DNA of 64,000 nt from a virus, in the IMG/VR virus record IMGVR_UViG_3300032093_000013; one strand, 5' to 3'. The position numbers and the translations under genes were made by a program. The notes under the pieces were generated by a model. The model saw nothing but the letters and a program-made list of their open reading frames with translations. It was not told the origin of the DNA and searched no databases. Each line of letters starts with the position of its first letter. The first letter of the stretch is position 1. Shown one piece after another: positions 56,683 to 64,000 of this stretch.

Positions 56683-57377
56683 AGAGAATCTGGAAGAATC
56701 TTTTGCTTGTAAAGTGAAAGATTCTTTTCATATGCATCTTTATCAGATTGATATGGAATTGCAATTTTTCCTGCTGGTAAAGAACATACTCGAATATGTC
56801 GCAAATCCTTTACCTTATATCCAAAAGCATATGCACGATATGCCATGTCTCCATCCGCATAGTAATACTGATACTCTGGATTATACATTCCAATTTCTCT
56901 AAAAATTTTCTTTCGATATAATCCATAATTCATTACGATTTCGCCACCAGAATCTGCAACATTGCATAGACACCATCCAGAAGTATGGTCTTTTCCTTTT
57001 AACCAATCTGGGTTTTTGGTGTCTTCATAATTTCCATACTTCCAATTAAAAAGATAAAAGTCGTGATTTGATTGAAGTTCTAAAAATACTTCAGACCATT
57101 CATTACATAAAATTACATCGTCATTCCATTGGCAGATAACTTCGTGAGTTGCTGCTTGAATACCTAAATTCATAAAGTGTGGATATGAACTACGACCACC
57201 AACCTCAATTAATTTAATTCTAGGATGATTTATCTCCTTAATAAGAGAGATAGTGCCATCGGTGCTTCCACCATCAACTAATACAAGTTCTAATCTTTCA
57301 TCGGCAATAACAGTATTTGCGATTAAAGTAGGAAGCATTCCCACACGATTTAAAGTGCCAGTTACAATACTAATCAT
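56670..57377 (-). CDS. Glycosyltransferase family 2
   Basis: ISIV..LVDGGSTDGT..NLG..WNDD..YYAD.D. Confidence 0.85.
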   Translation of the reverse strand: MISIVTGTLNRVGMLPTLIANTVIADERLELVLVDGGSTDGTISLIKEINHPRIKLIEVGGRSSYPHFMNLGIQAATHEVICQWNDDVILCNEWSEVFLELQSNHDFYLFNWKYGNYEDTKNPDWLKGKDHTSGWCLCNVADSGGEIVMNYGLYRKKIFREIGMYNPEYQYYYADGDMAYRAYAFGYKVKDLRHIRVCSLPAGKIAIPYQSDKDAYEKNLSLYKQKILPDSLQYL

Positions 57378-58141
57378 TTGTTTAAATAATCGATAAATTG
57401 AAAATTATCAATTCCCATAATCAATGCTAGTAAACTAACGTTCGAAAAACTATACAAAAAGTGACTACAGTTTGAAAGTAAATAAACGCTAGATAATACC
57501 TCTTCATTAATTTGAGAACGATTTGGGCAATTGTGGTGAATGGCTTGAGAGTTATCACTTATCTTAAGAGAAGAGTCGTAAATAACTCTTTCTTTGTATC
57601 TATCCAATAAAGAATCAAGATACCTTTTATCATCGGTAGCAACAAATATTTTTTCTTTTTCTACATTATCAATTGACGCAAAAATTGTTTCTAATTTTAT
57701 CTCCGGAAGTTCTTCACTTTTGTCTGTGCCTCTGATTTGTATTCCTAGAGTATCATCATCAATACCCAGTTCTAATTTTTTATTTTCATATTTAATTAGA
57801 TACTCATCCTTTATCTTTAGAATATTATTATAAACCAGATTTTTGATTTTTAAGTTATCTAAATTTGCAGGAGTATGTGCATTATACTGTGAATGAAAGA
57901 TTTGATTTGAAAAATATCTCTCTAACCACCAAGACCCAATATCATACACATCATTTGTTTTGAGAGAAATATTATCAAATAATGATAGCGTCTGAGATTC
58001 AGATATTTCAATATTAAAATTACCTTTATCAAGATAATGCTCCATTGCCATGTCGATGATTCCACAAACAATAGAGCAAAATCCTTTATATGAGTAATTA
58101 AATCGTGAATCAGAATATGAAATATATCCGGTTTTAGTCAA
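57374..58141 (-). CDS. NodZ/GT23-like fucosyltransferase-fold protein
   Basis: LGIQIRGTDK, IFVATDD and LLSNC..F...SNVS motifs. Confidence 0.7.
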   Translation of the reverse strand: MTKTGYISYSDSRFNYSYKGFCSIVCGIIDMAMEHYLDKGNFNIEISESQTLSLFDNISLKTNDVYDIGSWWLERYFSNQIFHSQYNAHTPANLDNLKIKNLVYNNILKIKDEYLIKYENKKLELGIDDDTLGIQIRGTDKSEELPEIKLETIFASIDNVEKEKIFVATDDKRYLDSLLDRYKERVIYDSSLKISDNSQAIHHNCPNRSQINEEVLSSVYLLSNCSHFLYSFSNVSLLALIMGIDNFQFIDYLNK

Positions 58142-58826
58142 TATTAATTACCTCATTTAATCCTTTTGAATGAATTGCATCTGGATAATTTCTCACATAC
58201 TTATGTCTGTAAATTTTTGGTTTTTTTATTTCATACGAATTGACTAAATCCAAAAATCCAGTTTGCATCATATGAATTTCTTCTGCATTTTCTAGAAGTT
58301 TGATGTAATCAAACATACCAAATTGATAGTCATTACGAATAACTTTATAATCACTCGTAACTTTACTCATATCAATATTATATCCTCTCTTAGGATCGTC
58401 TAAAACAAAGATATATTTTTCATTATCTGGATTTAATGTTTTGCAAACTTCTTCTTCTTTTTCTAAGTCTCTATCAAAATAAAATTCATCAAATCTAATT
58501 TGAAAATCTAATCCCGCAAGATAATAAAATGCCTCATCAAATGTCATTCTATCTAAACAACTATCAAGATTTTCAAATCCTGGTTTAAGTAAATTATTTT
58601 TAACAGTTGGATTATTCTCGACAAATAGAATTGCCTCTTCTTCCCTATCAAAAGTAAAGATTTCTAGATTATTCAAATCACGATACATATAACTCACATT
58701 ATCGTAGTAATGTGTATAGCAAAATAAGACTATATTATTATACTTTTTACAAAAATGGCGAACCATACCATTACAAATAATATGGTCCCCCAAACCCAGG
58801 TGATGATGAATATATTTGAGTGACAT
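58134..58826 (-). CDS. Hypothetical glycan-related protein (GT-B-like)
   Basis: HLGLGDHII.NG N-terminal motif; context. Confidence 0.55.
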   Translation of the reverse strand: MSLKYIHHHLGLGDHIICNGMVRHFCKKYNNIVLFCYTHYYDNVSYMYRDLNNLEIFTFDREEEAILFVENNPTVKNNLLKPGFENLDSCLDRMTFDEAFYYLAGLDFQIRFDEFYFDRDLEKEEEVCKTLNPDNEKYIFVLDDPKRGYNIDMSKVTSDYKVIRNDYQFGMFDYIKLLENAEEIHMMQTGFLDLVNSYEIKKPKIYRHKYVRNYPDAIHSKGLNEVINID

Positions 58827-58827
58827 A

Positions 58828-59172
58828 TCACTCAACTCCCTTATAAAGTTTTACAGAATCTTCACGAAGAGGTCTTCCAGTTGCAATCGCATTATCTACA
58901 AGAAGATTTACTGCTTGAACCAAACGGGGGCGTTTGATTTTGAAGCAAATGTCAATCTTACGCTTCAAATTAGCAACTTCCTCATCAGTCTCCGCTTCCT
59001 GAATTGCATCCTCCAACATCCACATACGAGTATGAAGAATTGAAAGTTTTTCAACAACCTCACCAAGATTGTCAGTTTCAATGTATTCAACGTCAGGAAG
59101 TTCTCTGCGAGAAAGAACTTCATCAATGGTTTCTTTAATACACTGGTCAATCATTTCACCAAACTTACTCAT
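58828..59172 (-). CDS. Helical hypothetical protein
   Basis: ORF track; LGEVVEKLSILH..MW..ED. Confidence 0.6.
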   Translation of the reverse strand: MSKFGEMIDQCIKETIDEVLSRRELPDVEYIETDNLGEVVEKLSILHTRMWMLEDAIQEAETDEEVANLKRKIDICFKIKRPRLVQAVNLLVDNAIATGRPLREDSVKLYKGVE

Positions 59173-60341
59173 AATTCTCCTAGAATATTTTCTAATAGAT
59201 TCATATCTTTTTGAGATACAAATTGATTATTGCCGATATAAACTCCGTTCTCATGTATCAAATCTACATTTAGATTTTGTTTTTTACAAGAAATTGTATA
59301 ATTTTTAAGATATGGTTGTCTTAAAAGATTCCCACCAACAACGGGTCTATATTCAATTTTATACTTATTAAATATTTCAATAAGTTTTAATTTAGTTTCT
59401 TTTGTTTTACATATGAATGGAAAACAAAAACAACTATTACCTTTATTATACACTATTGGATAAAAATTGTCTTTGTTTTTTTCAGAAGACATTATTCTTA
59501 CAAATTCTTCGTATGACCTTCTACGAGTTTCAATAAACTTATCCAATCTTTTAAGTTGAGTCAATCCAAGAACCGCACCAAATTCAGTGTTTCTAAAATT
59601 GTATCCATCACTCACAAAGAGAAAAGATTTTTCAATCTCAGGATTTTGATTCTGATAATATTCAAATTGGTCAGATGCTCTTGCCAATCCATGAGACCTT
59701 TTCATTTTCATTAGGTCATATAAATCTTTACTATTCGTAGATATCATTCCACCTTCTACTGTGGACATATGATGCCCAAAATAAAAACTAAAAGTAGATC
59801 CTAAACTATTCTTTCCTACCTTATCTCCAAGATTATCTAAACATCCATGAGATTCGCAGACATCATCAACAAACAGAGCTTCAGGGAATAATTTACGATA
59901 TTCTTCTACTTGTGCAGGAATCCCCAAAAGATGTGTAACAAAAACTAATTTAATATCTGGGTGACATTTTGATATTTCTTTTAGATTTTCTAAATCAAAA
60001 CTATAATTCTCAAGATTTACATCACAAAAGATGGGAGTTAGTCCTAGTTGAATAATTGGATTGATATTTGTAACCCAGGTGCAAGATGGCAATAAAACTT
60101 TATCACCACTCTTTAAACCATACTCTTCAATGATTGAAGCAACTAATAAAAAATTTGCTGTGCTTCCAGATGTTACAAATAAAGAATACTTGCATCCCAA
60201 CCATTTGGACCACTCATTTTCAAATCTCTCAACATTTTCTCCCTGAGTAAACTTGTCGGAAGTTAGTACAAATTTTGCAAGTTGAAATCTATCCCATAGA
60301 GAGATAGAATTCTTCATAAGTGGCCAGTTATAGACGGACAT
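59169..60341 (-). CDS. DegT/DnrJ-family PLP enzyme, ColD-like GDP-4-keto-6-deoxymannose 3-dehydratase
   Basis: SGSTAN, DVCESHG, FSFYFGHHMSTVEGG (His at the usual Schiff-base Lys) and GYNFR; adjacent to gmd and fcl. Confidence 0.75.
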   Translation of the reverse strand: MSVYNWPLMKNSISLWDRFQLAKFVLTSDKFTQGENVERFENEWSKWLGCKYSLFVTSGSTANFLLVASIIEEYGLKSGDKVLLPSCTWVTNINPIIQLGLTPIFCDVNLENYSFDLENLKEISKCHPDIKLVFVTHLLGIPAQVEEYRKLFPEALFVDDVCESHGCLDNLGDKVGKNSLGSTFSFYFGHHMSTVEGGMISTNSKDLYDLMKMKRSHGLARASDQFEYYQNQNPEIEKSFLFVSDGYNFRNTEFGAVLGLTQLKRLDKFIETRRRSYEEFVRIMSSEKNKDNFYPIVYNKGNSCFCFPFICKTKETKLKLIEIFNKYKIEYRPVVGGNLLRQPYLKNYTISCKKQNLNVDLIHENGVYIGNNQFVSQKDMNLLENILGEL

Positions 60342-61272
60342 AATTACTCCTATTTTGAAGAAACCAGTCAACTGTTATCTTTAATCCTTCTTCCAGAGGA
60401 GTCTGTGCTTTCCAACCAAGAGAATCCATTTTAGAAGTATCTAATGCTCTTCTTGGTGTGCCATTTGGTTTTGTAGTGTCCCAAACAATTTTACCTTGAT
60501 ATCCAACTTCCTTTGCAACTAAGTCAGAAAGTTCTTTAATACTCACCTCTCTATTTGGTCCAATATTGATTACCTCAGGATTCTCATAATTATTCATCAA
60601 AAATACTAACCCATCCGCAAGGTCATCCGAAAAAAGAAATTCTCTTGTTGGACTTCCATCACCAAAACAAACAACCTCAGAATCGTTATTTTCTTTCGAT
60701 TGAATAAATCGGTTAATGAAACTTGGAATTACATGACATTGACTCGGAATGAAGTTATCATTAATGCCATATAGATTATTAGGCATTACTGAAACTGTTG
60801 GGAATCCATATTGCTCAGTATATCTTTTGCACATGTAGTAACCTATAATTTTGGACATGGCATATCCATCATTAGTTGGTTCCAAAGGACCAGTCATCAG
60901 ATATTCTTCTTTAATTGGAACTGGAGCATGTTTGGGATAGATGCAAGCAGACCCTAAGAAGAGAAGTTTTTTACACCCATTACGATATGCTGCATCAATT
61001 ACATTTGTTTGTATCTGAAGATTTTCACGAATAAAGTCGGCTGGTGCTACTTTATTATATCCAATACCACCGACCTTTGCTGCACCAAGAAAAACATACT
61101 CAGGTCTTTCTTCAGCAAAGAATTCATCAACATCTTTTTGAACTCTCAAATCTAAGTCTGCTCTAGAGCGAGTCAGAAGATTTGTATAGTCATTAGCAAT
61201 CAAATGCCTGCAAATTGCAGATCCAACAAGCCCTCTATGACCTGCAATAAAAATCTTAGAATTACTGTCCAT
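60328..61272 (-). CDS. fcl: GDP-L-fucose synthase / ColC-like epimerase-reductase
   Basis: [42 protein letters not shown]. Confidence 0.93.
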   Translation of the reverse strand: MDSNSKIFIAGHRGLVGSAICRHLIANDYTNLLTRSRADLDLRVQKDVDEFFAEERPEYVFLGAAKVGGIGYNKVAPADFIRENLQIQTNVIDAAYRNGCKKLLFLGSACIYPKHAPVPIKEEYLMTGPLEPTNDGYAMSKIIGYYMCKRYTEQYGFPTVSVMPNNLYGINDNFIPSQCHVIPSFINRFIQSKENNDSEVVCFGDGSPTREFLFSDDLADGLVFLMNNYENPEVINIGPNREVSIKELSDLVAKEVGYQGKIVWDTTKPNGTPRRALDTSKMDSLGWKAQTPLEEGLKITVDWFLQNRSNYVRL

Positions 61273-62263
61273 AAATGCACATGTCCTCAACTAATTGTTT
61301 AAAAGAAATCTTAGGTTCCCAACCTAGTTTTTCCTTTGCCTTAGTGGCATCACCCAACAAAGTCTCTACTTCAGCAGGTCGAAAATATTTAGGGTTGACT
61401 TTAACAATGGTTTTTCTCGTGTTTTTATCAATTCCAATCTCATTAAGACCTTCTCCTTCCCACACGATATTCATACCAAAATATGGAGCCGCTTCTTCTA
61501 CAAATTCTTTAACAGAATACTGAACTCCCGTCGCAATTACAAAATCATCTGGTTCTTCTTGCTGCAGCATTATCCACATTGCTTCAACAAAATCTTTAGC
61601 ATGTCCCCAATCACGCTTTGCATTTAGATTGCCCAACTCAAGAATCTGCTGTTCTCCGGTAGAAATTCTTGAAAGCGCACGAGTAATCTTACGAGTCACA
61701 AATGTTTCACCACGACGAGGAGATTCATGATTAAAAAGAATGCCCGTGCAAGCATACATTCCATAAGATTCTCTGTAGTTTTTGGTGATCCAATATCCAT
61801 AAATCTTGGCACAACCATATGGCGAGCGGGGATAGAATGGAGTTGTTTCTTTTTGTGGAATCTCCTGCACCAAACCAAACAATTCACTCGTAGATGCTTG
61901 ATAGATTCTTACATGCTTTTCCATTCCCAGAAGACGCACTGCTTCAAGAACTCGGAGAGTGCCGAGAGCATCAACTTGACCAGTATATTCTGGTGTTTCA
62001 AAAGAAACTTTTACATGACTTTGAGCGCCAAGATTATAAATTTCATCTGGTTGAACTAATTGAATCACTCTTACAAGATTTGTAGAATCCGTAAGATCTC
62101 CATAATGCAATTTAATTTTATGATAAATGTGATCGATTCTAGATGTATTAATCGAAGATGAGCGACGAATAATACCGTGAACCTCATATCCTTTTTCTAA
62201 AAGTAACTCAGCAAGATAAGATCCATCTTGACCTGTGATGCCAGTAATAAGTGCTTTTTTCAT
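61262..62263 (-). CDS. gmd: GDP-mannose 4,6-dehydratase
   Basis: [46 protein letters not shown]. Confidence 0.97.
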   Translation of the reverse strand: MKKALITGITGQDGSYLAELLLEKGYEVHGIIRRSSSINTSRIDHIYHKIKLHYGDLTDSTNLVRVIQLVQPDEIYNLGAQSHVKVSFETPEYTGQVDALGTLRVLEAVRLLGMEKHVRIYQASTSELFGLVQEIPQKETTPFYPRSPYGCAKIYGYWITKNYRESYGMYACTGILFNHESPRRGETFVTRKITRALSRISTGEQQILELGNLNAKRDWGHAKDFVEAMWIMLQQEEPDDFVIATGVQYSVKEFVEEAAPYFGMNIVWEGEGLNEIGIDKNTRKTIVKVNPKYFRPAEVETLLGDATKAKEKLGWEPKISFKQLVEDMCIYGQ

Positions 62264-63081
62264 GCTTGACAATTTGTAAAATCGATTTGACCGTTTCTGG
62301 TTGCCCAGATTGGATACTCTTTACCATAAGTATTCCAGATTCGTGCTTGCTCTGGTCCTACTGGGACGCCAGAGTATCCAGCAGAGTTCCAGATTGTTTC
62401 ATAAGTGTCATCTTCATGAAAAGTAAAATCATGAGATTCTGCTTCAGATTTTAACAATAGAGAAAAAATAGATTGGTCGTGTCTATTCTCTATAAAAATT
62501 GAATCATTTGCAATTACTGATGGACTATCATCAAGATAATGACCGTTATCTTCAATAGAAATGGATTTCCACTTATCGACGATGCTTCTCATCAGATTAT
62601 CATTCTTCATAAAGAAGATGCCAGAAATAATTTGCCGAGTCATCAGATACTGGTCATCATCATTCATAATTCTACGATAAGTATCCATCTTTGTCCATTG
62701 AATCTCTGGAAGATCCAATGTAAAAAAGACACCGGATGTTTCCAGACACTCTTGACAATATTGTTGCAATTTTTCTAGACCATTTTTATTCAACTCGCAA
62801 CCAGAATCAACATATAAAAGGACATCATCTTCTGGTATATTTTTAAGTGCTTCCCCAACAAAGTAAGATTTACAAGCATAATATCCATAAAATCTACTTG
62901 GCATACCAACTCGCTGCCCCATCATTTTGCTGGCATTATTATCCCAGAAATCGCCAACTAAATCATCTTCATCAAACTCTTGAATAGATTTAAAAACTCC
63001 AAAACTCTCTGCCTGTTTTTTTAGTCTATTCTTACCAATAGAGAAATTATTATCTCCAAAATAAGTCAAGTGTATATTCAT
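62260..63081 (-). CDS. Putative glycosyltransferase
   Basis: LLYVDSGC (DxG), QIISG and [11 protein letters not shown] motifs. Confidence 0.6.
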   Translation of the reverse strand: MNIHLTYFGDNNFSIGKNRLKKQAESFGVFKSIQEFDEDDLVGDFWDNNASKMMGQRVGMPSRFYGYYACKSYFVGEALKNIPEDDVLLYVDSGCELNKNGLEKLQQYCQECLETSGVFFTLDLPEIQWTKMDTYRRIMNDDDQYLMTRQIISGIFFMKNDNLMRSIVDKWKSISIEDNGHYLDDSPSVIANDSIFIENRHDQSIFSLLLKSEAESHDFTFHEDDTYETIWNSAGYSGVPVGPEQARIWNTYGKEYPIWATRNGQIDFTNCQA

Positions 63082-63103
63082 ACAATTAATTTAATATCAA
63101 ATC

Positions 63104-63140
63104 ATTATACCAAAAAAGGAGAGTTTATGCAACTCTCCCA
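63104..63140 (-). terminator. Terminator overlapping a sigma70 promoter for the glycan operon
   Basis: GGAGAG-ttgcataaa-CTCTCC plus U6; TTGCAT-17-TATAAT. Confidence 0.7.
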
Positions 63141-63144
63141 TCAG

Positions 63145-63240
63145 GTCTTTCATGCACGCCACCAATTCTTTGACTGGAAATTGGAAACCAGGCGGGAGAG
63201 AGTCCCATCCGCACCAACTGCCCTTGAGAGAGGCAGTAAA
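63145..63240 (-). ncRNA. wcaG-like RNA motif
   Basis: UUGGUGCGGAUGGGAC..CCCGCCUGGUUUCCAAUUUCCAG..AAUUGGUGGCGUGCAUG; UGGYG copies upstream of the gmd/fcl genes. Confidence 0.7.
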
Positions 63241-63247
63241 CTCAAAT

Positions 63248-63563
63248 AGGGTCATATTTGACTCCACCAGTATAAGTTTTAAGTCATTCCAGGACTAAGT
63301 GTAAGTTGGGTTAACTTTGATATTTCAGTGATACCAAAGAATGCAATTAAAAATAGCACATCCCAAAGTTTGAGTTTGATGGCAAAAGGAATACCGAGTA
63401 GACCTCCAATAAACTTTATCATCAAACCATTTTTAAAATCTCCCCACAACATGATTTGATAACCAAGTAAGAGGAGAAAGTTGCCAATGTATCTCAGGAT
63501 ACTTGTTTTAGACATAAGGGGGATTCATCACCGACCAGTGCTGTTATAGACCATCCGTGTCTT
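63248..63563 (-). ncRNA. Two related RNA modules (manA-like) flanking a membrane-protein ORF
   Basis: AGAC-ACGGAUG-GUCU-AUAACAGC-ACUGGUCGG (63563-63517) and AGUC-CUGGAAU-GACU-UAAAACUUAU-ACUGGUGGAGUCA..UGACCC (63297-63248); the family name is from recall only. Confidence 0.45.
63279..63515 (-). CDS. Small multi-TM membrane protein
   Basis: About three hydrophobic segments. Confidence 0.65.
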   Translation of the reverse strand: MSKTSILRYIGNFLLLLGYQIMLWGDFKNGLMIKFIGGLLGIPFAIKLKLWDVLFLIAFFGITEISKLTQLTLSPGMT

Positions 63564-63795
63564 CTTCATCGTCTCTTACATAACAAGGAACTCTATCTGG
63601 ATCTAACCACCTGCAATATTGGTGATCCTCCATTGCAGTAGAACACTGCATAACGTTATCAAAAAGATAGATGTCGTTCCAACGTTTCGTATACTCATTT
63701 TGTTTTTGCATACGATAGTCTGGTTTTCCATTTATCTCTAGGATACCTGCCTCAACGAAGCGGTATCCTTCACGCTCCAGAAGAACCTTACTCAC
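63544..63795 (-). CDS. Conserved cyanophage hypothetical protein
   Basis: ORF track; GTG start overlapping the upstream stop. Confidence 0.65.
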   Translation of the reverse strand: MSKVLLEREGYRFVEAGILEINGKPDYRMQKQNEYTKRWNDIYLFDNVMQCSTAMEDHQYCRWLDPDRVPCYVRDDEEDTDGL

Positions 63796-64000
63796 GCTTC
63801 AACTGCCTCAAGATCACTGGCGACATACTCCATAAGCATTTCGTAGTCGTCAAGGGGGTCACCAGAAAACACAACGCCTTCATTCTCATAAAAGCGGCGG
63901 ACCTTTTTATAAAGTTTCGGACTCTTTACATCAAGATAGATTTCCCCGTTAGCAGCAAGACGAAGAGTGCTAACATCTTTTTTGAACTTTTGAATCAGAG
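63792..64000 (-). CDS. Hypothetical protein (5' end outside window)
   Basis: Manual translation ..QKFKKDVSTLRLAANGEIYLDVKSPKLYKKVRRFYENEGVVFSGDPLDDYEML..EA*. Confidence 0.65.
   Translation of the reverse strand, partial: LIQKFKKDVSTLRLAANGEIYLDVKSPKLYKKVRRFYENEGVVFSGDPLDDYEMLMEYVASDLEAVEA

Noticed and set aside
59169-60341. Perosamine synthase annotation
   Set aside because: The Schiff-base Lys position is His, which fits a ColD-type dehydratase.

Overview
This window is a 64 kb segment of a large T4-like cyanobacterial myovirus (Kyanoviridae-type), with almost all genes on the minus strand. From left to right it holds five blocks. (1) A baseplate/tail-hub and replication core: a lysozyme-like plus M23 virion protein, gp29-like, gp51, gp26, gp54-like, gp4, gp2, gp48, gp53, gp32, gp59, gp33, an exonuclease, phoH and thyX. 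(2) A small-gene region with an NtcA box, a tandem glutamine (glnA-type) riboswitch and DUF4278, then glutaredoxin and a candidate stand-alone sRNA. (3) A ~30.6 kb array of tail-fibre/adhesin genes with partner proteins, interrupted by three 2OG-Fe(II) oxygenases and a GIY-YIG/NUMOD3 endonuclease. (4) A photosynthesis block: HNH, psbD, an EndoVII-type homing endonuclease, psbA split by a 254-nt group I intron, PhotoRC-II RNA, peroxiredoxin, two hli genes and petF. (5) A ~12 kb glycosylation island (GT25, two GT11, GT10-like, GT2, NodZ-like, ColD-like, fcl, gmd) preceded by wcaG/manA-type structured RNA. The best leads are a -1 frameshift signal fusing gp26 to gp51 in the style of lambda G/GT; a 50-codon ORF nested inside a glutamine aptamer under an NtcA box; a plug-and-socket grammar of N- and C-terminal motifs across the fibre array that suggests a branched modular adhesin; a likely GDP-colitose pathway; and a promoter- and terminator-bounded sRNA. 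All family assignments come from reading motifs and synteny by eye; no database searches were run.
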